Shown piece by piece: positions 12,545-23,599 of a stretch of 64,000 nucleotides of DNA. Made by a program: the position numbers and the translations under genes. The stretch lies in assembly GCA_013265495.1 (NCBI GenBank), contig MU057744.1, positions 2,741,370 through 2,805,369 of the forward strand, given 5' to 3'. Every line of letters starts with the position of its first letter. Position 1 is the first letter of the stretch. A model generated the notes under the pieces. That model saw nothing but the letters and a program-made list of their open reading frames with translations, had not been told where the DNA came from and ran no database searches. The stretch is from Vicugna vicugna. Its lineage: Eukaryota.

Positions 12545-13030
12545 AACACCGAGGCGTGCTCAGTACTCGCTGCAGGGAGGGGAAGGCGCGGGGGACAAGC
12601 GGTCGAAGAGGACGGGCGGGGCCGGGGCGCGTCGGCGGCCTCCGGGGAGGGTGTGGAAGCGGCTGTGGGCGGGCGCCGCTGGAGGGCGCGCGCGGGGCCN
12701 NNNNNNNNNNNNNNNNNNNNNNNNNNNNNNNNNNNNNNNNNNNNNNNNGGAGGGGGCCCCCGGGGGGCGTGGGGACGCCGCGGCTTTTTGTGGCGGGAAC
12801 AGCGTTTGCACTCACAGAGCGGCCTCCTTCTTCGTCTAGTCCATCGCGCTCGCAGTTGGCCTTGCGTGCTGCTGCTGTTCTGTGAAACCGTCCGTGTCCG
12901 CGAGCCGAGGGCTAGCACCCCCTGGGCGGCCGGGTGGCCTCCGGCCTGTCCTCGCCGACGGCCTGTGTCGCATCAACCTACTTAGCCTGGAGGCGCCGCG
13001 CTGCGCGCGGAAACACCTGATGCGTGCGCT
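12545..13030. other. CpG-island-like GC spike containing a 50-N gap
   Basis: Very high GC and CpG content; begins at a GC-shifted L2 3' tail (~12480-12580); overlaps two candidate exons. Confidence 0.7.
12816..12879 (-). pseudogene. Possible exon, 64 nt; not frame-compatible with the next visible exon
   Basis: ggtttcacag| TAAARKANCERDGLDEEGGRS |gtgagt. Pyrimidine tract is poor, and an N-gap lies downstream. Confidence 0.3.
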
Positions 13031-13032
13031 GA
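12982..13032 (-). CDS. Candidate exon, 51 nt, symmetric
   Basis: gatttttttaacttcag| QRTHQVFPRAARRLQA |gtaggt. Confidence 0.55.
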   Translation of the reverse strand, partial: SAHASGVSARSAAPPG

Positions 13033-13393
13033 CTGAAGTTAAAAAAATCAATTCATCACATTGCTATAAACATTTAGTCGATACCAAAGGGCTCTAAATA
13101 GTTGTTATTCACAGAATTTTAGATTTCTTGAAATAATCAAGATGGAACTAGAGTGCCTAGTACATTTTCCAGAGTCATAAGGATTCGGTGAAATGGTTGT
13201 TAATTACACTCACAAGGTGTGGTTTTCTCCACGCATGTTGGTGGCTGAATCCTGAATGTGTCTGGGAGCAGTGGCACACAGAGATGTCTATTAGTAGTCT
13301 GGTATGTCCGACAGACCTTTTAAACATTAGACCGACCCACTTCCCTTAGTTCCCTGAAACACTGGGCATTTTTCAGTGTTTCTTAACTCTTAC

Positions 13394-13408
13394 CTACAGG
13401 AGTAGCAC
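13394..13408 (-). CDS. Candidate 15-nt microexon (GTGCTACTCCTGTAG)
   Basis: Branch-like ctaat, then gttttgttttgttttgaag| exon |gtaaga; encodes CYSC in phase 2. Confidence 0.5.
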   Translation of the reverse strand: MLLL

Positions 13409-13715
13409 CTTCAAAACAAAACAAAACGATTTACAATTAGGCCAAAAGACCTCTCAAACATGAGGATTTAGACAAAGAAGTAAACTCTTCACCCTAAATG
13501 AGAAATAAAAATTATTCCAACAACTATAAATTTTAATGCTTCTGACTAGAGAATTATTGAGCAATTTATTTTGGTTCCTAATCCTTCCCAAGTCTTGGTC
13601 CTGGAAGTTAATAACTTCATGTAACAAGGGTAGAAAATACCGCCTGCTAGGACTTGCAGTAACAGGGGGAAAGCAAAGTTAGAAAAAACAGTAAACAAAG
13701 CACACAGGACCTTAC

Positions 13716-14146
13716 ACAGGGAGAACCTTCTGCACTAACGATGGGGTCGTTGAAGCCATTTAAACTCCTTGACTTAAATTTTTTAGTTAAGTGTATCCGT
13801 CTTTTCTGACAATTCTTAAAATGTCATCTTTTTCCACAGCAACATCATTCTCATAAATAAGAAGAAAGTTGTTTTTAAAGTGTCATTTTTTAACACCAAG
13901 AGCAGAGAGCTGTAAGATGTGTTTCCTTATATAAGTGGGGGATCATGGAATCATCTTTTAAAAAAAGTTTTCTGAAAAAAGTTCTTGAAAGTGCTGTGTA
14001 TCTTGTTAGGATGGAGTTTAGTTCTGACTTGCAGGACCACAGAAACGTTCCTCATGGAGCTGTCAGTCAGAGGCCATAGCAGTAGAATAAGCTATTACTG
14101 ATCTGATCAGGCCTTCGGGGTTTTGCAGTCTCATCGTAACGGTTGT
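13716..14146 (-). pseudogene. Large exon (431 nt), decayed; last 44 nt open from ATG at 13759
   Basis: Acceptor ttcctctccacacgcag; donor TGT|gtaagg. Broken frames include SELNSILTRYTALSRTFFRKLFLKDD and YENDVAVEKDDILRIVRKDGYT*, then MASTTPSLVQKVLP. Confidence 0.45.
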
Positions 14147-14175
14147 CTGCGTGTGGAGAGGAACTCGTGTTACCG

Positions 14176-14370
14176 CTTTTTAATTTTTTTAATTGAATAT
14201 AGTTGGTTTACAGTGCTGTGTCAGTATCTGGTGTGCGGCACCATGTTTCAGTTGTAGGTACACATATACACGTTCATTGCATTGTCGGTTACTACCAGAT
14301 GCTGCGTGTATCCCCGTGCTGCACAGAAGCAGCCTGTTGTTATCTAGTTCATATACAGCACTGTGTATCT
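14176..14370 (-). mobile_element. Short camelid L1 3' UTR insertion
   Basis: ttaattgaatatagttggtttacagtgctgtgtcagtatctggtgt terminus. Confidence 0.85.
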
Positions 14371-14380
14371 TAATGTTACT

Positions 14381-14520
14381 AAGTTCAAAGTTGGCAATAG
14401 AGCCAAGGCAGAACTTTGCCCTCTGCTTGGCTGTAGTCGTCATTCAGGTCTTGTGTCTCTCAGTTAAGGAACATGGCTTTTTAAAATCCAGCTTCATGAG
14501 GTTTTTCAGTATGGCGTCGG
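14381..14520 (-). pseudogene. Exon remnant with stops or frameshift
   Basis: Strong acceptor ttttccagtcccttctcctttag; DAILKNLMKLDFKSHVP* / DLNDDYSQAEGKVLPWLYCQL*. 3' boundary is uncertain next to an L1 insertion. Confidence 0.45.
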
Positions 14521-15378
14521 CTAAAGGAGAAGGGACTGGAAAATAATTGTAAACAATAAAGGAAGAAGGTACACACTTGGGGGGCATAAGGAAGTAAAGT
14601 TAATTGAACATGAAGCCCTATTTGGTCATACATCTTTTTGTCCATCGAGACACCTAACGCCGTGTCTTGGCACATAGATAACTGTTGAATCTAACTGTTT
14701 AGTATAATCTTTCAAAAACTTTATTTTAAGGCATCATTAAGAATTCGTTTTTTAAAATGTGGTTATTTGTAATAATACAAATTGGATAGTTCAGTAACTA
14801 AAATTTCTTGTTTAAGATCCAGGATAGGACCACTTCATATGAAATTCTAAGTTGCAATACAATGGAAAATTTAGGGATATTATCAATCTAAAATGCCTGC
14901 ACTGACTGCTTCTGCTCTGGGCAAGATACTTCACAGCTGTAAACGTACTGTTATTCCTCAGAGCTCCTTTTAGGAAGATGAGAGAGACCAGAACCTAGAG
15001 GTTTAGTAACTTAGGCAAAACATCCCCCAGAGAATTGTCAGAATGGAGAAGTCCCTCTAGGAAATGGGTGGTGGGAGGGGGCGGGATGAACTCCTGTCAC
15101 GAATGCAAAGCTGTTAGGGTGCTTTACTGGAAATCTTATTTCATGGCCTCAAGCTCAGTGTGTCTCCAAACTCAGGGGGATGCAGACCTACCAGACAGGC
15201 CAGTAGCTGGGGCTCTCTTGGCAAACATCCGCTTGTACGACTGACGGAGTCTTGTCCAATCTCTTCCCCCCACCAGCCTGCAGCTTGTCAGTGCTTAAAC
15301 CGCGGTGGTGAATTCGTGCACTCAACAAGCAGCACTCGTTAACAGACTCTATTATACTCGTTAACAGACTCTACTCAC

Positions 15379-15459
15379 CAGTGTGAGTCTCTATAATAGT
15401 AGCATGAATGAACTTGGCTAGCATCGTGGTCCTGTTTTACCCAATAAGTTCTCCCAAAC
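15379..15459 (-). pseudogene. Exon remnant, 81 nt
   Basis: gtttctgcag| ... CTG|gtgagt; VWENLLGK / TTMLAKFIHATIIETHT across a probable frameshift. Confidence 0.5.
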
Positions 15460-15489
15460 CTGCAGAAACTGTCACCTCCTTCATGTGAA

Positions 15490-16487
15490 AGTCTCTGCCC
15501 CCTTCGTAAGAGTGTAAATTGGTATAAACACTGGGGAAGCTATCTGGAAATACCTGAAAAAGCTAAATGAACATATATGACAAACTCCTAGGCACAGACA
15601 AGGCATGGATACAGTAGAAGTGCGTAGATACACGTTCAGGAAAGAGTCTGAGTCACATTTATTGCAGCTGTATTTCAGTAGTCCTAGCATTCGTTTTCTG
15701 GGCTGCCATAGCAAAGTGCCGTGTACTGTGACAAACAACAGAATCGTGTTGTCTCAGTCCTGGAGGCTGGAATTTCGAGGCTGAGCTGCAAGGCAGCAGG
15801 ACTGTTCCTGCCCAGGGCTGTGAGGCAGAACCTCTTCTGGCCTCTCCCCAGGCGTCTGGTGGTCGGCTTCACTTACACGTGGGCTTCTCCGTGAATGGCT
15901 GTCTGCCTCGAAAGGCTCCCTTTTCACCAGGACAGCACCATACTGGATCGGGTGCACACTGATGATGTCAGTTTAACTTGCTACACTTATAAAGATTTAC
16001 CTCCAAATAAGGTCACGTTCTGAAACACCGGGGGTTAGGATATCAGTGTGTGAACTTAGGAGCGACACAGCTCAGTCCGTAGCAGCCCTCAGGTGGAAAT
16101 GGCCTGTGGAGAGGGAGAATGTAATACGCTCCTAAACACAAAGACATGCCAACTGGTTGTAAGAAAGGATGATGTATTGACAAATGATCAGTGTGGATGA
16201 ATCGCACAGTCATGATACTGGGCAAAAGCAGCCAGAAATTTACATGCTGACTGAGATATAGAACACGTACATAGTGAATCGCTGCTTATAAAGTTTGAAA
16301 ATCCTGGCTGCATTTCAGAGGTAGGAGTGGCAGCTACTGGAGAAGGCTCAGGGGCTGTCACTGGCGTATTTAATTCTTGATCCAGAAAAATGGTTAAATG
16401 GATGGAATCAATTAATTACTTAATGCAGCTGTAAACACATGATTTGTATGCTTTTAAAAATACATAAAGACACAATATAAAAAGTTC
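15490..16487 (+). mobile_element. L1ME-type 3' fragment, split by MLT1
   Basis: gagtgtaaattggtataaacac...atttattgcagc before the LTR; gtggatgaatc...agctgtaaacacatgatttgtatgc after it. Confidence 0.7.
15684..16084 (-). mobile_element. MLT1B/C solo LTR
   Basis: gggctgccatagcaaagtgcc...tccaaataaggtcacgttctga...gacacagctcagtccgtagca. Confidence 0.85.
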
Positions 16488-16521
16488 TAGGACACCAAAG
16501 AAACAGGCAATTATGTAGTAC

Positions 16522-16788
16522 CTTTAAGGAAGCCATTGAAAACTGTCTCCAGTCCATTTCAATAAAAATATTATCCAAATTTAAAAAATTGCTCATAATC
16601 TAGTGCTCTAATTAAAAATTGCTCAAAATGAATGCTCTAATTAATATGCAGACAATATCATATTGAAGCCCAGAGGTCAGAGTGACTCTTTCATTAGAAT
16701 ATATGAAAACTTTAGAGAAAAAGTGACTCAAAAGCAGATTTTTATAGGTGACTAAAAATGCTACAGGCGGAAAAGTGAAAGTAAATTC
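16522..16788 (-). pseudogene. Exon, 267 nt, disrupted by an internal ~30-nt tandem duplication
   Basis: ccttttttctag| EFTFTFPPVAFLVTYKNLLLSHFFSKVFIYSNERVTLTSGLQYDIVCILIRA...FLNLDNIFIEMDWRQFSMASLK |gtacta. Stops occur only in the duplicated copy. Confidence 0.55.
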
Positions 16789-17822
16789 CTAGAAAAAAGG
16801 CACTGACTGTGGATTGGTTGAGATTTCACAACAAGACCCTGACGAGGTTGAACAGCGGTTACTGAGCAAGTTAACGTGACCAAAACATTCAGAAGCCTCA
16901 GTGGAGTCGCCCGCTCGTAGCAGTCCGGCCTTGGAATGTTGTTCTGTATCCACCTGTGGTCGCTGACTCTTTGAACGTGGTTCTGTAAGTCAGGTTTGTT
17001 TCGATTGCTTTCTCAGTGGCCCACGGCTTATGGCTGACAACACACTGAATCACAAACAAGTATTTCCTCTACTCGAGCTAGACGAGGCCAGAGCTGGCTT
17101 GGAGTCTGGCTTCTGGGGATATGGGATACAGTTCAAGAAACATCTCCTAAGAATGTTAGATAAAATACTTCTTTAAAAAATTCATTCCACGTAAGTGAGT
17201 GGAATTTAAAATAAGTATGAATCAGTGATCAGAAATACAATAAAAGGCAACGCCACAGAGGTTAGGAGATGTGTAGCCAATGTCTGTCCCCCGTGCGTGT
17301 GTCAGACCAAAGTGTTCTGATGTTCAAGTGTCAAGGGTCACACGTATGGTGAGGTGACAGAGCTTGAGCAAGGTGCAAACTCAGATTGGAGGTCCCCCGA
17401 GTGAGACTGAGACAGCAAGAGACAGTGTCTTCCTCTGATTTCCATTTGTACAAAACCAGCAGTGTGTGCTTTGGAAAATGACCTGTCTTTCCCAGCCCTG
17501 TTTCTGAGCGAAGAAAACTCTCACTTGAAGAGCCTTAATAAATCATGGGACCGAGGCCATTATTCACCCTGTCTGTTGAGACTCTAAAATCTGAATTCAA
17601 GGCTTGCGTTAAATATGATACTAGGCGTCTTGCAGAGACCAGTGCAGACTCCCTGTGGATGAGCCCAATGCAAACGCAGGTCTTGAAGGTTTCCGAAAAT
17701 CAAAGTCAAAGAAAAGTAAGCTCCAACTCAAAAATCTCTGAAAATATCAGGAAACAAAATAGAATGCACGTAAGTCAACAGAAAATAAGTCAGAAGAACC
17801 ACTTTTGGAAAGCTTGTGAGAG

Positions 17823-18141
17823 CAGACACTCCTCATTTTATTGTGCTTCACTTTCTTGTGCTTCACAGAAATTAGGTTTTTTACAAATTGAAGGTTTGTG
17901 GCAGCCCTGCCTTGGGCAAGTCTATTGGTGTCATTTGCCCAACAGCATTATCTTTTAATTAAGACTTGTACACTGTTTTTTCAGACATACTGAAATTGCA
18001 CATTTAGTAGACCACAGTATAGTGGAGACAAGTTTCACCCGTGCTGGGAAACCAGAAAATTCACGTGACGTGCTTCATTGTGATGCTTACTTCAGTGCCG
18101 TGGTCTGGAACCGAGCCCACAGTACCATCAAGGTGTGCCTG
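17823..18141. mobile_element. Tigger1 internal-deletion derivative (MITE)
   Basis: Ends cagacactcctcattttattgtgcttc and tggtctggaaccgagcccac...aggtgtgcctg|ta. Confidence 0.9.
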
Positions 18142-18489
18142 TAGCAGAATTTTTAGAGAGACTATAAAATAAAGTATGTTTAATACTTTGAAATACATAA
18201 AGAATTAAAAACATGTGAAAATAATAATGAATTATAAGAACTGACATAGCGGATTTCCAGGCCTGATGAGAAGCACCAGTCCTCCAGCTGACTGGGCGGG
18301 GACTCGTGCGCAGTAAACATGCTGTGATTTAGAGGAGTAGAACTGAAGCACTTTGTCAACAGATGGAAGCCTTCAAGGTCAAAGATAAAAGGCAGAAATG
18401 GTGGACTTCCAATAAACAAGTGATCGTTTAAGTGGCAGCAGTAACAGATGCCAGAGACATTACAGTCAGTTCTTCAGCATTCAGGGAGG

Positions 18490-18638
18490 GTAGAGAGGAG
18501 GGTACAGCTCAATGGTAGAGCACATGCTTAGCATGCACGAGGTCCTGGGTTCAACCCCCAGTCCCTCCATTAAAAAATAAATAAATAAACCTAATTACCT
18601 CACCCCTCCCCCTCAAAAAAAGAAGAAAGAAAAAAAAA
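18490..18638 (+). mobile_element. Vic-1-type SINE
   Basis: agctcaatggtagagcacatgcttagcatgcacgaggtcctgggttcaacccc, followed by an A-rich tail. Confidence 0.9.
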
Positions 18639-19829
18639 GTATCATTAGTTCAACAGGACAATTAAACAAAAATTCAGAGAGAAAAAACAGCAATTCACCT
18701 AGAACTGCACATCTAGAAAAAGTACCTTTCAAAAATGAGGGTAAGATGATAGCAATATTGCACAAGCAAAACTTGAAAGATGCTGTTAACTGCACTGCAG
18801 AACTTCAGAAAGAAGAGAGATTCCAAAGGAAGGTATCAGGTGAAACAGAAACGATGAAATTATATTTGTGCGTAGATCTATACAAATATCCTGAATAAAA
18901 CAATTTTAAAAACTCTGAAAAATCAAGATAGAACAATAGCTCATATCTCACACAGGGAGTGATACCACTTTAATGGTTCTCAGTCTGTGTTTTCTTGAAC
19001 TGTCTAAGGTACTCCCTGAAGATTAGACACATAGTGTACAGTACAGGACAAACTGAAAAGAACAGGAACAAGACAAAGAAGAGCAGGAAAAGGAGACACA
19101 GGAAGAGTGTGATGAGTTGAGTACACAAACACGACAGACGGGAGGAAAGAACCCAAACACAGCAACAGTTACAGTCACTGTTACGGGATTAAAGTCTCCG
19201 GTGACTGTCAGAGTGACTTCTCAAAAACTCCAGTTACGCGTTGTTTACAGGGGACATACTTAAATTCCTTATGGGGCATAAAAGTTTAAAAGTAAAAATT
19301 TTAGTAAATTTTATTCCGTATGAATCCTGATTAACATCAGTCAAAACAGATATAAATCAAAACATTGTAAGTGATGAACAATAGCCACATACTAATAGAA
19401 GGCTCAGTTTATCAAGAATCTCTATCAATATTTTACCAGCGTAGTCAGTAACATGACTGCCAAACTCATGAAGCAAATATTGACAGAGTAAGAGGGAAAA
19501 TAGAAGACTTCACAACTATAGCAGAATGTTTTAATCCAGTTGTCTCAATTATTGCTGGATTAGCTAGAGAGAAATTTAGTTGTATACAGGTGATTTGTTT
19601 AACATACATGACAAGCTTATCAGATAAACTCATATACAGTATTCCACTGAATAACTTAAAATGCACATTTGTATGCAGACTCTTCCAGAAAACAAAAAAA
19701 TGAAGAAATTCTAATTCATTTTATGAAATCAGAATTGCTCTCTTACCAAAACAAAATAAAGACACTATAAGAAGGTAAATTTTATTAATACTTATGAATC
19801 ATTAATGCATACACGAAATTTAAAACACA

Positions 19830-20353
19830 GCATTGGTAAAGCCAATGTGGAAAACTGCGACGATTCTTCAAAACCAGTTAAGCGCAGGGTCATGCCTGAC
19901 GCGGCAGCTCCGCCTCGGCGCACACGCGCGCGCCGGCTGAGGGCAGCGGCCGCCGGCGTTCCCTGCAGCTTCGTCCCGTTAGCGCGGGAGGGAAGCGCCC
20001 AGGCGCCCCTGACGGGCGCTGAACGGGCGGGACGAGGTGTGTGCTTGTGTCCGCCGAGACGGGGTGTAGCCTTGGAAAGGCGAGAGGCAGGACTCGGGCC
20101 ACAGCGTGGACGAACCTGGAGACACTTCCTAGGCGGAAGGAACGGGCCACAGGAGGGCGGAGGCGGCCCCCGCCCCGCTGCGGCGCAGCGCGGCCCACGG
20201 GGAGCGGGGCGTGGAGAGACGGAGCACCCCGGAGACCCTGGCCGAGGCCGGTGGTCGCGCGCTGCGAGAACGTACGTGGTGCTGCTGAGCTGCACGCTTG
20301 GGAACAGTGAAGACGGTAACTTTCGTGTAGTGTGTATTTTACCAATATAAAAA
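19830..20353 (+). mobile_element. L1MB-type 3' fragment converted into a CpG island
   Basis: Colinear with the L1MB 3' end: tgtggaaaac...acagcgtggacgaacctgga...ctgagctgcacgctt...tgtattttacca. Core is extremely GC-rich. Confidence 0.8.
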
Positions 20354-22297
20354 TCGTAATAAACTATTTTCTAATTGAATTTAGCAGTCTGCAAAAATGA
20401 CTATTCCATGGTAAATTGGATTGATCTTAAGTACGCAAAGATAATTGAATACTTAGAAATATATACACTTAAATTAAAAAAGAAGCATGTTATCAACAGA
20501 GGCAGAAAGTATTTTCAGAATTAAACACCCTTCATGATTAGAAAAGAAAAAATATCTTACGAATACAAATGAGGAAGAGAATGGAACTTCATTCTAACAA
20601 ATCGCATCTATGGGTGGTTCGAGGGCCAAGCATGTCCTCCCAAGTGAAGGTTTCTTGAAGGGAAGGAATCTCTTTAGAACCAGGTGTCAAAGATGATCGT
20701 TACCGTTCCTTATGCTCATCAATATACTGGAGATTCTGCCCAGAGTATTCAGGGAAAAAAAACAAACATGAGTTAACAAACTGGAGCATAAGAAATAGGA
20801 AAAAAGACCATGATTACTTTATTAGAAAACCCAAAAGAATTTTCAGGGAGCTTCTCAGAAGTGATAAGAAGAGATCAGTAGTGACTGGACACAGGACTGG
20901 ATGATCATGTCTTTTTACACACCCCCAGCAGACAACCCAAGTATAAAGGCAAACACAGCTTACAGCGAATACTAAGCAAATGCTGAGCAAACAAGCAAAG
21001 GCTAAGTGTCTGGAAATCAGTTTAGCAAAACAGGTACAAGGCTTCTACAGAAAAACAGTCTCACAGGGGTATGAAAAGAGAGTTTCGCGATGTGTGCACG
21101 GAAGGAGTGGACGTTTTGTAGACTTCAGTTCTCCCATGTTAACCTATAGATTCAGTACGATAACGTTAAAAATCCCAACATGCATTTTCATAAAATGTGA
21201 CAGTACGATTCTAAAAAAGTTGGTCCAGTGAAGGAGGAATAGTCAGAGCACTTTTGAAAATGAAGCTCGATGGGCAGGGACTTGCCCACCCGGTGTCCAA
21301 ATTTATTCTGAAATGGTCTTGAGAAGAGAGTCCGGTATCGCCAAGGAGACGTGCAGACTGGAGAACACAGAAGCTGGCTCACGCATGTGGAGAAATGTGG
21401 CAAACACTGCAGACGTCCTGTCAGATTGGTGGAGGAAGGAGTGACTGCTAAATAAATGACGGTAGAAAAGAATGATTATCAACATGGGAAATGTTTGATT
21501 GGGGCATATTATCCACCATATTAAAAAATAACTCTAAACATAACAAGGACTTAACTCTTCAAAGGAAAACCTTAAATTTTGGGGAGAAAATAAATGTCAC
21601 AATCTTATTACAACTTGAAGATAAATGTAAGACACAAAGAACATTGCTCAGAAAAAAAAGGTCAGTGTAACTTACGAAGAGAAAATACATTTTTCTTCAA
21701 AAGCCAACTTAACAAGGAGAAAACATGATAGAAACTGAAAGAAGATAGTCTTAGTACACACAAGTGGTAAATGAGTGATATCAAGAACATGTAATAAAAA
21801 GTATAAATCCATAAGAAAAGCACAAATATTTCAGTTGAAAGGTGGTTTCCATACTTGCCAGTGAAGTGGAATCATGTATTACCAATAAATCTCGGGAGAG
21901 TTGTTCATGCCGTTCTCACTTTGGAAATGCAAAGCATAACCATAGAAAGTGGTAATTTTGCACCTAAATCGCAAATGAGTGAATTGGAAGAGCGACACTG
22001 TCGAGGATCGGGGAGAATGGTGTCGCCCACGGGCTGATGTGACGTGGGCTGAGGGGGGCTAGTGCTCCCTTCTGCAGATGCAGCGTCACAGCATTTTGAA
22101 AAGCTGAGCGTTTATTTACCTTTTGACCCAGTGCTTTATTCTGAGAGATACGCTACAGCCTAAAAACAAGTTGACTGCAGCCGATGTGACCGTCGCAAAT
22201 ACCTGAGAGCGAGCCAACTGCCCATCAGTGAGAGGATGGAGGAAAACCTGTTACAATCACACAGTAAACACTACGTAGCCATTAAAATGGATGAGAG

Positions 22298-22416
22298 TGG
22301 GTGGGAGGGGGTAGCTCAGCGGTACAGTGCATGCTTAGCATTCAGGAGGTTACGGGTTCAATCCCCAGTACCTCCATTAAAATTAATTAATGTATTAATT
22401 AAATTTTTTAAAAAAA
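22298..22416 (+). mobile_element. Vic-1-type SINE
   Basis: gtagctcagcggtacagtgcatgcttagcattcaggaggttacgggttcaatccccagtacctcc. Confidence 0.9.
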
Positions 22417-22949
22417 TGAGTGAATGTGTAACATTATGGATGAATCTGCAAAACAAGCTTCGAAACCTTATATACAACACATACCTTGTTCATATAGTTG
22501 AAAACTATATAAAACTAAAATTTCTGTGTGAATATGTGCAAATAAACGTACACAAATACTTTAAAGCAGTAAATATAAACGTGAAAAATATATTAAGTTG
22601 AAAGGAAGGGAAAAAGGAACATAAAATTCAAAATAAAGTTTATCTCAAATGTAAGGGAGATGGGGTGGTTAGATAAAGGCTGTTGTTCTGTCCTACTTTT
22701 GTTATAAGTGATTTCACACAATAATATGATTAACATCGTATCATACAATAATACAAATGTATTACAAATTAAAAACTAGATTAAGAAACTAAAGTGGTTA
22801 TGTGTGTCATGATATTAATGTAAAACATTTGTTTACATTTTTAGTTTACCAGAATGGCATTGACCATAACAAAACACTTGGTTAAGTATGTCTACTATAA
22901 ATTTAGAATATTTTGTTCATCAAAGGTCACATTAAAAAAGGTAAAAAAG

Positions 22950-23186
22950 GGGTGGGAAGGAATAAATTGGGAGTTTGAGATATCCGGATACTAACTGCTA
23001 CTTGTAAAGCAGATGTGCAGCAGATCTCTCCTGCACAGCAAAAGCACTACATGCAGTATCTTGTAGCAGCTGTGAAAAAGAGTATGAAGGCGAATGTGTG
23101 TGTGTGCATTGTGTGACTGAAACATGACGCTGTGCACCAGACATTGACAGACACTGTAAACTGACTGGACTTCAATAAAATAAAAC
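22950..23186 (+). mobile_element. Camelid L1 3' UTR insertion
   Basis: aaattgggagtttgagat...aactgactggacttcaataaaa; TSD aaaaaggtaaaaaag / aaaatggtaaagaag. Confidence 0.9.
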
Positions 23187-23599
23187 AAAATGGTAAAGAA
23201 GATAAATTGTATCAATATATGTGTCAACAAAGCACATCCCCAGTTCTTCTATTCGCCTGTAAGTGAGAAACCACAAAGGAAAGCAAAGGGGTGATGACCT
23301 GACACTCAGGTCAGTGGTCGGCCCCGGGAGGGAGGGAGGAGGCTCCAGTGCTTTGTGCTCAGAGGTGCGTATGGGGCTGCACGGAGCGATCGCATCGCTG
23401 CTCCGTGCGGGGCTGTGCATGTGTGCTGTGTTCACACATTTAGCCTCTGGGCCAGGCTGCCTGGCATTACCAATTTCCACTAAAATACCTTCTATTTGGG
23501 TGAGGTATATGCTTCAAATTGATGTTAAAATTCAATAATTTACTGCAGATAGTAAATTAGACCAGCATCCAGCACACAGTAAGTCCCCAAGAAGTGTCA

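Larger units (their letters stand above)
17060..23450 (+). mobile_element. Old degraded L1 (L1M/L1ME-like) with nested insertions
   Basis: A-rich plus strand with L1 ORF2-like remnants (gacttcacaact...tctcaatt; attagaaaacccaaaagaat; tatagattcagtac...aaaatcccaacatg) and a 3' UTR remnant. Confidence 0.75.

Noticed and set aside
13780..13860. SH3-like look of YENDVAVEKDDILRIVRKDG; RasGEF-like look of the 16.6-kb exon
   Set aside because: Similarity is too short and lacks key residues, so no gene symbol was assigned.
15334..15373. Direct repeat actcgttaacagactcta x2
   Set aside because: Small local slippage duplication in an intron, with no further structure.
19792..20350. Overlapping 89-181 aa ORFs and an apparent promoter island
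   Set aside because: GC-converted L1 sequence with stop-codon depletion.
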